64,000 bases of DNA. Source: a virus. The translations under genes and the position numbers were made by a program. Positions 53,435 to 62,870 of this stretch are shown here, one piece after another. A model generated the notes under the pieces. That model was not told the origin of the DNA. It saw only the letters and a program-made list of their open reading frames with translations, and made no database searches. Every line of letters starts with the position of its first letter. The first letter of the stretch is position 1. The DNA is taken from the IMG/VR virus record IMGVR_UViG_3300027702_000001; one strand, 5' to 3'.

Positions 53435-56215
53435 TCAGGATGTTACTTCAGCGAAACTAGAACCAGTTCTAGTTGCAGTGAAGGTAAGGGTGATGAAGTT
53501 GATAGAGCGGGTAGGTTTCACGAAGATCTCCGCGAAAAATTCTCCTCTGTCAATTGCTTCAGGTGGGTTGTTGCTGCTGTCGCAGACAACCAAGAAATCG
53601 ATGATGCCTCTACGAGACTGAACCGATCTGAGGAAAGGTTCCACAATGTTCTTGAATGAAGCGCGAGTAAACTCGTCATTCAATTCAAAGAGTTGTGTCT
53701 TTGCTGCAACTGAGATTGCATCTTCAAGTACCAAGAACAAGCGACGAACGTTAATTCTGTCGAATGCAGATTGATATGAAAGTGCAGTCTTATCTCCGAA
53801 GAGGACGATGCCTTGTCCAGGGAATGCAACCACAGGGTTTACACGTGCAGCGTATAGTCTGTCTCTATGATCCTTGAGAGGTGAGTAAGCAAGTTTGATT
53901 GCGTTTCTCAATTGTCCTCTGTTGAATCCAGCAGGTGAGAACCACGCTTCTGAATTAAGAGTTGCGCTAAGTGTTAGACCTGCAAGGTCAGCGTTACAAG
54001 GAAGGTAACGATACTTATCGTTGTACTTATCGTAGATGTACTTATAGTTGTTATCGAAGACAGCGTATGATGTGCTAGAGAGTTTATTGAAGTAATCAAT
54101 AGTTCTGTTAACAATCACGTTGGTATCGCTAAGACCAATCACGTCGTTGCGTGAAGGTGAAACGAATGCCAAGCAATCCTTACGGGTTGCAGCGATGTCG
54201 ATGATCTTCTGTGCTTTAGCAACTGTGTCGCTAGTGTCTGCCATTGAAGGTCCCATCAAGATGTAATCTACATCGATGGTTTCTTTGTCAGCAACTAGAT
54301 CGTATGAACCAAGAATCTCAGATCTTGAAAGTGTGTAACCGTCAGTACCACCCTGAAGTGAGTATCTGAGAGTTGAACCCTTTGCAGTACCGATGATCTC
54401 ACGACCAAGGGATGTTTCTGTAGTCTTGATTGCAACTGCTTGCTTGATCAAGTCGAAGTGTCTTGAAACACCAGATCCACCAAAGTCACCGTTAGCACCA
54501 GAGTCAACATCATAGATGCTGCCAGTCTCGTGTGATCCCCAGTAGATGTAGGATGAGATGTTCTTAATAACGTCTCTGTAGTAGATGGTCTCGCCCTGAA
54601 CACCTTTTGCGTCGTTAGACTTAGATGCGAAGAGGAACTTCTCTAGAACCGCACCAGGTGTACCAGTGAGTTTGCCATCTCCATCAAGGACAAGGATGTG
54701 AATTTGGTCCTTAGAACCACCACGATCCTCAACCCAAGGTGAAGTACCAGGTCTAGGAGCAACGTTTGCCCACTTCTGTGAACCACCAAAATATCTTTCG
54801 TCGTATTCTGATCTTACAGAAGCAACGTTCACGTTAGGTGAACCTGCAACGTTGTCATCAGAAATAGTATAGTTTGCTTCGAATGCTTCGCTAGATGAAT
54901 TAGTAATAGTAAGAAGTTGTCTTTCGACTGCTTCAACCTTACCTTTGTCACCAGTTCTTGCACCGCCAGACTCAGCACTCCAAAGAGCGATTACGTCACC
55001 AACTTCAAGAACATCAGATGAGAGTGAGTAGTTAACATCAATCTCGATCTTTCTTGTAAGAGGATCGTAAGCAACAATCTGACCTTGAACAGGAATACTT
55101 ACAGGTGAAGAAGCATCAGTTTCTCCTCTCCAGTATTGTCCTGATTCGAAGTCGCCTGCGATGGATGCGGAATCCATTGTAACTACGACTCTGTAACCGT
55201 AAATCTTAGCACCTGCGTTAGCAGCAGAGTAAGTTACGCTAGTTGTAGTTTGGAATTCCCACTCAGCAGTAGTAGGTTGTGCAAGAGAAAGGATCTGGTC
55301 AGGACCAGCGTCAGTCATTACGACTCTTACAGAGTTACCGTAAAGACCAGGGTGTCTAGCAGCGAACTTCCAGTTGTTAGAAGCGCCTTCAACATTACCT
55401 TCATACTCTTCAAGATTTCTAACCAAAGGAGCAGACACACCAGTTGAGGTCTGTTCGTTGATTGTAGTCTTACCTGCTGTAACAACAAGTCTCTTAACTG
55501 TTTGTCCGTCTGTCTGTGCAGCAGCAGTTGTTTCCAACTTACCACGCTCAACAGTTAGATCGTTACCCGCGATCGCTGTAACCTTGACAATCTCGTCAGA
55601 GACCAAAAGGTGATCGTTGATAGAAACAGCAAGTGATGCTGATGAAGTAATAGTCAGTGTAGTACCACCAGCAGCAAGGGTTCCACCTTGGTTCATTGTG
55701 GTGCTGTTACCTGACTCTTCGATCAAGGTGATGCTTGAACCAGCAGCGTGTGAAGTTGCTGCAGTTGCAAGTTGACCACGCTGTACAGTAAGGTCGTTAC
55801 CTGAAACGTTAGTTACTCTAAGAACTTCAGCGTCGATCAACAGAAGATCGCCTGTCGCGAAGTCTGTCGCTGCTGTTACTGTAAGAGTAGTGTCTGCACC
55901 AGAGAAGGTAGTGACAACAGTTTGTGCTGTGTCAATAGCGTTCTTAAGTGAAGAACTGTTTGCACGAATAACCTTAAGTGTACCACCGTACAGTAAGAAT
56001 TGTGCTGCTGAATACCAGTATTCGTAGTTGTAGTCGTTAGGACGACCGAAGACTGCTAGGAGTTCCTTCTCGCTAGTTACGTCTACAATCTTATTAACGG
56101 GACCCTTTTCAAAGGAACCGACTATCACTGCCACATTATCTAGAGTTGCGTTAGCAACCGTAGTCAGATCCTTTTCAAGTACCACGACCCCTGGCGAAAG
56201 TTGGGTAGATGCCAT
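53435..56215 (-). CDS. gp18: contractile tail sheath protein, enlarged (926 aa)
   Basis: SPGVVVLEKD, WFSPAGFNRG, FGDKT, RINVRRLF, KPTRSINFI; CTAAATA at 56254-56260. Confidence 0.96.
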   Translation of the reverse strand: MASTQLSPGVVVLEKDLTTVANATLDNVAVIVGSFEKGPVNKIVDVTSEKELLAVFGRPNDYNYEYWYSAAQFLLYGGTLKVIRANSSSLKNAIDTAQTVVTTFSGADTTLTVTAATDFATGDLLLIDAEVLRVTNVSGNDLTVQRGQLATAATSHAAGSSITLIEESGNSTTMNQGGTLAAGGTTLTITSSASLAVSINDHLLVSDEIVKVTAIAGNDLTVERGKLETTAAAQTDGQTVKRLVVTAGKTTINEQTSTGVSAPLVRNLEEYEGNVEGASNNWKFAARHPGLYGNSVRVVMTDAGPDQILSLAQPTTAEWEFQTTTSVTYSAANAGAKIYGYRVVVTMDSASIAGDFESGQYWRGETDASSPVSIPVQGQIVAYDPLTRKIEIDVNYSLSSDVLEVGDVIALWSAESGGARTGDKGKVEAVERQLLTITNSSSEAFEANYTISDDNVAGSPNVNVASVRSEYDERYFGGSQKWANVAPRPGTSPWVEDRGGSKDQIHILVLDGDGKLTGTPGAVLEKFLFASKSNDAKGVQGETIYYRDVIKNISSYIYWGSHETGSIYDVDSGANGDFGGSGVSRHFDLIKQAVAIKTTETSLGREIIGTAKGSTLRYSLQGGTDGYTLSRSEILGSYDLVADKETIDVDYILMGPSMADTSDTVAKAQKIIDIAATRKDCLAFVSPSRNDVIGLSDTNVIVNRTIDYFNKLSSTSYAVFDNNYKYIYDKYNDKYRYLPCNADLAGLTLSATLNSEAWFSPAGFNRGQLRNAIKLAYSPLKDHRDRLYAARVNPVVAFPGQGIVLFGDKTALSYQSAFDRINVRRLFLVLEDAISVAAKTQLFELNDEFTRASFKNIVEPFLRSVQSRRGIIDFLVVCDSSNNPPEAIDRGEFFAEIFVKPTRSINFITLTFTATRTGSSFAEVTS

Positions 56216-56299
56216 TGGTTAGCTCCTGAAAAAATCTCAATCTATGCTGATATTATTTAGTAAAAGGTACTGTTCAAGCGGGGAAACGGAACGTGAACA

Positions 56300-56533
56300 T
56301 TACCAATCAGGATACTCAGACTCCTTTCGTAGTTTAGGTTTTTGCTTTCTTGTCTTACTTACTCTTTTCTTTGTACAATATTTGCATTCATACGAATATG
56401 CAGAGGGGTTTTGTCCTCTGTCTTTTCTAGTCTTATAAAAATTATCTGTGAGCGAGAGAGTTCTCAGGCATTTTCTACATTGCCTATCAACAAAGAGGAA
56501 CTGCTCTAGACCCAGTTCTTCTTCTATACTCAT
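56300..56533 (-). CDS. small Zn-finger protein (CxxC...CxxC)
   Basis: CRKC...FYKTRK...YSYECKYC. Confidence 0.7.
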   Translation of the reverse strand: MSIEEELGLEQFLFVDRQCRKCLRTLSLTDNFYKTRKDRGQNPSAYSYECKYCTKKRVSKTRKQKPKLRKESEYPDW

Positions 56534-56643
56534 TTCGGTTCTTCACTCTTCCTTGCTGCGTAACCTAATACGAATCCGAAAGAAAATAACACTAAGGTTA
56601 TTAGTGCTGTTGCCAAGTTAAGTAAGATGCCTTCTACACTCAT
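56530..56643 (-). CDS. 37-aa membrane microprotein (MSVEGILLNLATALITLVLFSFGFVLGYAARKSEEPK)
   Basis: Manual translation; ATGA-coupled to gp17 and to the Zn-finger gene. Confidence 0.6.
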   Translation of the reverse strand: MSVEGILLNLATALITLVLFSFGFVLGYAARKSEEPK

Positions 56644-58286
56644 TTGTAATCCCACATATAGGAGCGATCGCCATATTCATCGGTATGCCAGACCTGTCCT
56701 TCTGGATCTACGAATGCCTCATCACTGAGACCATCATCCATAAATCCGAACGGTGCCATATCCGCTTCAATTGCTTCGCGTTGTTCTTGATACATTCTAG
56801 CACGAATGTCGTTATCGTGGAGTTCCTTAAAATAATCCTGTACTGCTAACCAAGAGAACATCACAAGACACATAGCAAGGTCATCGTTGCAACCTTCCTC
56901 TGCTGCCCAAGACTGTCCTTTTTGAATGAAGGTAGTTAGTTCAGAGATAATATCATAATCACATAGTTGCAACTTATCGTCTTCTAGTAATTGTTTCAGG
57001 TTAGAACAACCAACCTTCTTAACAGCAGTTGACATCTTGACACCTAGTTGTACTTTACCACCAGAGAATCCTTGACCAACAACTTGTCCTGCTCTACCAC
57101 GCATTGCTGCCATTAGTAGATTGTCATACTCAAGATCATACTGTATAATATCTGCAACCTGACCACCAATGTCATTTACTTCTACAAGAATGTAAGCGTG
57201 GTTATATGCTCTTGCAACCTGACAAATAATATCAGGGAATAACATAGGTTTAACTTCATTATTTCTATACTTAGCAACTAATTTATATGGAACGGTAGTT
57301 GTATCGAACAGTGTGAATGCACTGTAGTCTCCATTAATACCTCTTGCTACGTCCACTGTCATCGTATAATTATGTTCCGCTTCTGGTTTAGAGAATACAT
57401 CAAGACCATTCTGTCTTTCTATTGGTTCTTCATATGTCATCACTCTCAACTTACTGGGAGAGATCAGAGTATCTACAGAGCCCAGGAACTCACATTCGAA
57501 CTCAACACGGAATTGTTGTTCACTTGTGTTACGGATAGTCTGTGCTTTCCATTCAGCATCTCTTCCTGGAACCTCAGACCAATGTACTTCTGTTGGGATA
57601 TATTCATTCGTACCACGCTCTGCATCGTGCCAGAGTTTGTAGTACATATTCATCCCGTGAGGGGTAGAGATGATAATAACTTTAGTGGATTTACCAGAAG
57701 AAATAGTAGGATAAACAGAACTAAAAAACTGATCCGCAATGTTATTCGGAACGAACGCGAATTCGTCCAGAAATATGACGTTAAAAGACATACCCCTGAC
57801 GGCACTAGCACTAGTAGATGCAGCAAGGAGTTTACTTCCGTTCTCCAATTCCACTGACCCTTTGTTCCAGCCAATAATACCTTGCTGCATCCATTTAGGA
57901 AGATTCTCGTAACTGAGTTGTAAACGTCCAAGCATTTCTCGTGCAGTTGCTGCTTTGTTTGCGAGGATTGCGACATTGACGTTATCGTTAAAGATTACAT
58001 ACCATAATAGATATGCGGTAACAACAGTTGACTTACCACTCTGTCTTGGTAACTTAGCAATATTAAATCTATTCTCGTGGAACCTGTTGACCATCTGTTC
58101 TTGAAAGTCATACAAGTCGAATGGGATGACACCCTCATCCAGCGACACAATTTTAATGTATCTCTTAATAAAGTAAATAGGATCACCAGCACACTTAATA
58201 AACTCCTTCACCTGTTTGGGTGTGAAGTTAGTAGGTACGTTTGCCTTTTTTAAATTGGGGTTGCCTAGATATGCATCAAGACCCAT
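56640..58286 (-). CDS. gp17: terminase large subunit
   Basis: PRQSGKST, LANKAATARE, FLDEFAF, STPHG, DVARG, NDDL.MC. Confidence 0.97.
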   Translation of the reverse strand: MGLDAYLGNPNLKKANVPTNFTPKQVKEFIKCAGDPIYFIKRYIKIVSLDEGVIPFDLYDFQEQMVNRFHENRFNIAKLPRQSGKSTVVTAYLLWYVIFNDNVNVAILANKAATAREMLGRLQLSYENLPKWMQQGIIGWNKGSVELENGSKLLAASTSASAVRGMSFNVIFLDEFAFVPNNIADQFFSSVYPTISSGKSTKVIIISTPHGMNMYYKLWHDAERGTNEYIPTEVHWSEVPGRDAEWKAQTIRNTSEQQFRVEFECEFLGSVDTLISPSKLRVMTYEEPIERQNGLDVFSKPEAEHNYTMTVDVARGINGDYSAFTLFDTTTVPYKLVAKYRNNEVKPMLFPDIICQVARAYNHAYILVEVNDIGGQVADIIQYDLEYDNLLMAAMRGRAGQVVGQGFSGGKVQLGVKMSTAVKKVGCSNLKQLLEDDKLQLCDYDIISELTTFIQKGQSWAAEEGCNDDLAMCLVMFSWLAVQDYFKELHDNDIRARMYQEQREAIEADMAPFGFMDDGLSDEAFVDPEGQVWHTDEYGDRSYMWDYK

Positions 58287-58551
58287 CTTCTTCCTTCCGT
58301 TTCAAACTATCTATACGCTTCTTTAGTTCTTGATACCCTTGGTACTCCTCTTCAGATACCTCGATCTCTCTGAACCTTACAGACATTAGTTCTTCCCCAC
58401 CCTTTAGTTCATCTATCTCGGGGTGTCCTGTCTTCGGTTTCTTTTTGTAACCGCCAAACTCTTTAATTACTAGCAATGCTTGTAGTCCTAAAGAGACAGC
58501 GATTCCCAGTAACACTAACCAAAATGCTACTGGGACTGGGTATGGTTCCAT
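58276..58551 (-). CDS. hypothetical membrane protein (DUF2973-like)
   Basis: N-terminal TM followed by HPE..EL..GEEL..VRF. Confidence 0.65.
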   Translation of the reverse strand: MEPYPVPVAFWLVLLGIAVSLGLQALLVIKEFGGYKKKPKTGHPEIDELKGGEELMSVRFREIEVSEEEYQGYQELKKRIDSLKRKEEDGS

Positions 58552-58755
58552 TTAGTTTTCGATATACTTTTCTAGTACCTCTAGTTGATCGTGATAATGT
58601 GAGATTTGATCTAGTTCGCTTTCAATCGCTGCCATAATATCTGGATGCTCTCCGATACCAACAGGATTGGTAAGATAAACTTCAATGTTCATCTTATGCT
58701 TTTCAATATTGCCTAGGGCGTGCAGTTTAACTGCTTCAATCAGTTTCTGTTTCAT
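58552..58755 (-). CDS. conserved hypothetical protein
   Basis: H..GNIEKHKMNIEVYL.NPVGIGEH.D pattern. Confidence 0.75.
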   Translation of the reverse strand: MKQKLIEAVKLHALGNIEKHKMNIEVYLTNPVGIGEHPDIMAAIESELDQISHYHDQLEVLEKYIEN

Positions 58756-59212
58756 TTAGTAAGGTACCATAAGATCTACGGATTTCTCTGAGGTATTCGA
58801 AATCCTTTTGTTTTGTTCCTCCGTCATATGACCAAGCATATCCTTCGGTAATCATTTGCTCATTAAGGGACACATCTGCATCCCCGACGTAAATCCAACC
58901 GAGTAAGCGACCATACTTACCGACACCACCAACAAGTTCAGTCCTAATAAACAACTGATCATCACCACTAATGGTTGATTCGAGTTTATCTTTGAGCCAA
59001 TTTGTTGCATCGATACCAAGTGCTTTCTCCTCTAGATCGCGGGTTCTTTTCTCAGGAGTATCGACTCCTGCGATTCTTACCCTTTCTTTTTTATATAGAT
59101 CGAAACCAAGATCGATTGTTACATCGATAGTGTCTCCATCAAGAACTCTGTTGATCTCCGTCACTCGGAAGTTGTAACAACTCTTCCTGCTTGGGGGTAA
59201 CATCTCTGCCAT
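58736..59212 (-). CDS. thermonuclease (SNase-like) family protein
   Basis: VLDGDTI, RVRIAGVDTPE, GKYGRLLG. Confidence 0.88.
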   Translation of the reverse strand: MAEMLPPSRKSCYNFRVTEINRVLDGDTIDVTIDLGFDLYKKERVRIAGVDTPEKRTRDLEEKALGIDATNWLKDKLESTISGDDQLFIRTELVGGVGKYGRLLGWIYVGDADVSLNEQMITEGYAWSYDGGTKQKDFEYLREIRRSYGTLLNETETD

Positions 59213-59348
59213 CGTTCAACTCCACAAATGATCCTTTTAGTATGTAGTAGATATACCAAGAGATCATTATGAGAAGTATTACTAACATAATAATAACTCC
59301 CCATACAGGATCACCATAGTTTTCGTGAGTCCTAAGAACTAGATTCAT
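59139..59348 (-). CDS. hypothetical membrane protein
   Basis: DPVWGVIIMLVILLIMISWYIYYIL TM segment. Confidence 0.65.
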   Translation of the reverse strand: MNLVLRTHENYGDPVWGVIIMLVILLIMISWYIYYILKGSFVELNDGRDVTPKQEELLQLPSDGDQQSS

Positions 59349-59607
59349 CTGTTAAATCAGGCAAACGTTCTTCAACCCAGTGATCCTCGTTCTCAATACC
59401 TGCAGCAGCAACATAACGTAAGATGTGCTGATCGATCTGTTGATAGATTGGATGTAGATCCAGATCCATACTAATATCGTGTGCAATTTCTGAAACTTGT
59501 TTCTCTGATAAACAGTGATCAGGATGCAGAAGGTCACAGCAAGGTATTCTTCTTTCAATTAATTCATTGAGGTTCAGTCGAACCTTATAATCTTTATGAA
59601 TCGCCAT
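59332..59607 (-). CDS. hypothetical protein
   Basis: Track ORF 59332..59697; start set at MAIHKDY. Confidence 0.6.
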   Translation of the reverse strand: MAIHKDYKVRLNLNELIERRIPCCDLLHPDHCLSEKQVSEIAHDISMDLDLHPIYQQIDQHILRYVAAAGIENEDHWVEERLPDLTDESSS

Positions 59608-59809
59608 TGGTTCCCCAGACCCTCCTCGGTATCGCTGTAGATTGTCGCCTTTCCATTTCTTCAATAAGGTGACCATATTCTCTAAACATTCTGTCACCTG
59701 CTATGTAACAGGTTTGACGCTTCCATAAAGCATCGATAATCAACTTGTAATCCTCTTTAACGAGAATGTTATACTCAGTTGACTTTGAGTTGCATTTACA
59801 TTCAGACAT
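59594..59809 (-). CDS. hypothetical protein
   Basis: ORF track, 71 aa. Confidence 0.6.
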   Translation of the reverse strand: MSECKCNSKSTEYNILVKEDYKLIIDALWKRQTCYIAGDRMFREYGHLIEEMERRQSTAIPRRVWGTNGDS

Positions 59810-59832
59810 TTTGGTTTTAACAAAGTTTAGGG

Positions 59833-60177
59833 TTAACCCATTATGTTCACATCTATTCCTAAGAATGGTGCGATCTTTCCAATAACTCTCAGAAAACCAT
59901 CAACAAAGGCACCAAGGAATGCGAACCCAAGTAGCATACTAATAAGTGAGGCATTACGATTATGCCTACGAATCTTATCTTCGATCATTTCATCTACTTC
60001 ATCACGTGTTGGATGATTAGGTAAAATTTCTTTAAAGCGATTTGCCATTGGTTCATCTCCAAGTTCGGGAAGATGGAAATCGAAGTCAATAATATCTTCG
60101 GATGCCCAAAAATCTTCCCAGTCTTTTGGTGAGTTGGTTACATCTTTTATCTCTGGTTTTTCTGGTGATTGAGTCAT
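59833..60177 (-). CDS. hypothetical protein with C-terminal TM
   Basis: RRHNRNASLISMLLGFAFLGAFVDG pattern. Confidence 0.65.
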   Translation of the reverse strand: MTQSPEKPEIKDVTNSPKDWEDFWASEDIIDFDFHLPELGDEPMANRFKEILPNHPTRDEVDEMIEDKIRRHNRNASLISMLLGFAFLGAFVDGFLRVIGKIAPFLGIDVNIMG

Positions 60178-60178
60178 T

Positions 60179-60517
60179 TTAGTTTACGTGAATTGTTCCA
60201 GTCATTCCTGCTCCTTGATGAGGACCACAAAAGAATTCGTAGTCTCCAGCATCAGCAAAAGTGATGTCTTGAGATTCACCAGGGGAGAACATAAGAGACT
60301 CTCTGGATAAATCTGCTCGACCTTCTACAATGATATTATGTGGAGGCAACATATTATTCACAAAGTGAACAGTATCACCTGCCGATATGGTAATATCGTT
60401 AGGTTCGAAAACTAGGTTTCCATTGCTTCCCATAGTTACATCAACAGCATACACAGGGAATGCAAAGAACAGCGTAGCAATGAATGCTAAAATGAACTTC
60501 ATACTTAAGTTTATCAA
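60179..60517 (-). CDS. petE: plastocyanin
   Basis: Signal peptide, PPHNI, Y.FFCGPHQGAGM copper ligands (H, C, H, M). Confidence 0.96.
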   Translation of the reverse strand: MINLSMKFILAFIATLFFAFPVYAVDVTMGSNGNLVFEPNDITISAGDTVHFVNNMLPPHNIIVEGRADLSRESLMFSPGESQDITFADAGDYEFFCGPHQGAGMTGTIHVN

Positions 60518-60559
60518 CTAGAAGTATTTAACTGTGTACAAAAATGAGTTTATGGTTAG

Positions 60560-60817
60560 TCAGGAATCCCTGTCTTTACCAAACACACTAATTGCACCGT
60601 CAACAAAACCACGTCGATAATCCCAAGTATCACCACCTATTTGCCCTCTCTTAGGGTTGATGCACTTGTTGTAATCTGGATCGGTATCACTAATATTATT
60701 GCATACTAATCCTGCTAAGTCTAGTTCGTTTCCTTTAGCGCCAGTACCAGTCCAACGGTGTTCACCGTTCAACCAAGTAGCACCGCATTTGTCACAAACC
60801 TTTTGCTCAAACTGCAT
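60560..60817 (-). CDS. Cys-containing hypothetical protein
   Basis: C..CGATWLNGEHRW...DLAGLVCN...CINP. Confidence 0.7.
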   Translation of the reverse strand: MQFEQKVCDKCGATWLNGEHRWTGTGAKGNELDLAGLVCNNISDTDPDYNKCINPKRGQIGGDTWDYRRGFVDGAISVFGKDRDS

Positions 60818-60844
60818 TGGTGGTCTCCCACAGGTTACTAGAAG

Positions 60845-60873
60845 AATTTAGGATAGAAAATTATATATGTCAA
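60845..60873 (-). promoter_or_regulatory. sigma70-type promoter TTGACA-17-TAAATT
   Basis: Consensus -35 and 17-nt spacer upstream of 60817. Confidence 0.55.
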
Positions 60874-60941
60874 GAAACTCTTTGCAAAAAGATCCGTTAC
60901 CGCAAGGTGGAACTTTGCTCTACCAAGATCTTTTTTATCCA

Positions 60942-61478
60942 TCAGCATTTCCACTTGCGTAATGCTAACGCTTTTCTAGTGGGTTCACCTTTCTCATCTT
61001 TCATTGGTCCTTTGACTCCTCCCATTCTAGCGCAGAAAGATCTTTTCCTAGGACCCCCTTCAGGTTGAGGTGCTTTAAGATCAGACCCAGGATTTTCTCT
61101 CTCATAAGATTTTCTGCCCTTTTCGTTGAGTCCACCTTCTTTATTCTTTCCTTCCTTTCTTTGCCAAGCACTTTCATTTACGTCCTTGTCCTGTAGGAAG
61201 TTGACAGGAGATTTTTCTGGTTTCTTTTTCTTCTTACTATCCTTACCACCAAGTGCTGCCTTAGCAACTTTACCTGCTGAGTATGGATTATCTTTTTCTC
61301 TATTTTTCTTCGTATCCCTACGAATCTCTCTCATCTTTAATGCGTGAGAGATCTTTCTTCTGGCAGAAGGTCTGCCAATAGGAGGATTAGTTTTATCAAT
61401 TGCTCGCGCTACAGAGAGTCCCACACCTTCTTCGATGGGGTCATCTTTAGTGTCTTGGAATTCTCTGAATGATTTCAT
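60942..61478 (-). CDS. basic hypothetical protein (DUF6321-like C-terminus) with CTS-like N-terminus
   Basis: MKSFREF...; ESAWQRKEGK...RSFCARM...RKWKC. Confidence 0.72.
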   Translation of the reverse strand: MKSFREFQDTKDDPIEEGVGLSVARAIDKTNPPIGRPSARRKISHALKMREIRRDTKKNREKDNPYSAGKVAKAALGGKDSKKKKKPEKSPVNFLQDKDVNESAWQRKEGKNKEGGLNEKGRKSYERENPGSDLKAPQPEGGPRKRSFCARMGGVKGPMKDEKGEPTRKALALRKWKC

Positions 61479-61618
61479 TTTTCCTTGTTGTTTTTAGGGT
61501 TAGATGCACAATTCATTTCGTGCTTTTCGATCCAGGTTTTAGGACGCCAATGTCCTTGGGGTGAAGTGAGTCCACAATACTGGCATACCCACTGTCCGTT
61601 GTCGTTTTGATCAGCCAT
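61475..61618 (-). CDS. 47-aa Zn-binding microprotein (MADQNDNGQWVCQYCG...HEMNC)
   Basis: Part of track ORF 61475..61726; ATG at 61618 overlaps the upstream stop. Confidence 0.55.
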   Translation of the reverse strand: MADQNDNGQWVCQYCGLTSPQGHWRPKTWIEKHEMNCASNPKNNKEK

Positions 61619-62294
61619 AATGAAACTTTCTATCCTTAGATTTAGATGGGAGTTTGCCTGAACGCACCTTAGTGGATGATGTTTCACCATATCCTGCAGG
61701 GTGCTTTCCTGCTTTTGTTTTACCAACGCTGTCAGACTTTGCCTTGCTTCCCTTCTCTGTGTAGTGAAGTTTAGCAGACTTGTCCTTGTCTTTAGTAATC
61801 ACAGATTCTTGTCCGTGCTTACGACCCAGACGACGCATCACTTTGCCGAAACGACGTTTCGACATCTTATCAGGTTTGGTAGTGTGGTATGAAACCTCAC
61901 GACCTGTCTCACCTGAATCATATTTATATTCTCCAACACCTTTCTTGTGACCAATACCGTGCTTCTTAAGACCTTTTTCAAGTTCTTTTCTTTTACCACG
62001 GTTCTTCTTTTCATCAGAACCACGGTCAGCACTGATATGTCCAGTCACTTTGGTCTTGGATTTATCCATTGCACGGGCGAGACCACCCTCGGAGATAAAC
62101 TCTCCGAATCCCATTATAGCATACGATTGTGTTTGTAGGTGCATATCGGTAGAACCCTTTTGCTGAACGGACTTTCTCTGGAGTTGCAACTTCCTAAGGT
62201 TGATCATAAGTTGCCTGCGGTCTAGAAGTTGTTTGGTCTTCTTGATCGCCTGATTCTTTGGATCTTTAACTTCTTTGTTGGGTTGCCCTTCCAT
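61611..62294 (-). CDS. Lys-rich hypothetical protein with internal CTS-like motif (MGFGEFISE)
   Basis: Track ORF; start set at MEGQP directly after the upstream stop. Confidence 0.7.
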   Translation of the reverse strand: MEGQPNKEVKDPKNQAIKKTKQLLDRRQLMINLRKLQLQRKSVQQKGSTDMHLQTQSYAIMGFGEFISEGGLARAMDKSKTKVTGHISADRGSDEKKNRGKRKELEKGLKKHGIGHKKGVGEYKYDSGETGREVSYHTTKPDKMSKRRFGKVMRRLGRKHGQESVITKDKDKSAKLHYTEKGSKAKSDSVGKTKAGKHPAGYGETSSTKVRSGKLPSKSKDRKFHYG

Positions 62295-62295
62295 C

Positions 62296-62847
62296 TTAAC
62301 CACCAATCACTTGGACTTGTTCGACAACAACGTCAGCACTACCAGCGGTAAGTTTCACAGTTCTCTTGATCATAGGAACAGTGTTTGCAACGACGTCAGC
62401 ATCACTCAATGCATATGCAGAACCTGCACCAGATGCATCAATATCAGTTGTGATAGTCAGGTCAGTCACAGCAGTTACCTTCTTACCACCTGAAGCGGCA
62501 GATTCAAAGTCTGTTCCAAAACCATCTGTATCACCACCGTCAACTGTTTCGATAAAGTCACCAACTGAGAATGTATGTCTTCCTCCTGCTCCTGTACCGT
62601 TGCCCGCTCCACCAACGCTGAAAACTGCTGTGGCAGCATTAGTAGCGGCGTGGACGCTAATGTTTTTTGATTTCCCACAGGAAAGTAATACTGCTTCACC
62701 TGCTGCAAGTGTGATTGCAGGACCAGCATCGAATTTAATGGTTGAAGCGGAAGCAGCGTATGCCCGTACAACGCCAGTTTTAACGACAATATAAGCGGTA
62801 CCTGATCCACTCACTGTCGTAGTATCTAATACATTTAATACAGACAT
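62296..62847 (-). CDS. probable virion structural protein
   Basis: A/G/T/V-rich beta pattern; ATAAATA at 62872-62878. Confidence 0.7.
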   Translation of the reverse strand: MSVLNVLDTTTVSGSGTAYIVVKTGVVRAYAASASTIKFDAGPAITLAAGEAVLLSCGKSKNISVHAATNAATAVFSVGGAGNGTGAGGRHTFSVGDFIETVDGGDTDGFGTDFESAASGGKKVTAVTDLTITTDIDASGAGSAYALSDADVVANTVPMIKRTVKLTAGSADVVVEQVQVIGG

Positions 62848-62870
62848 CGACTTTTTAATACTTGTTTTTA

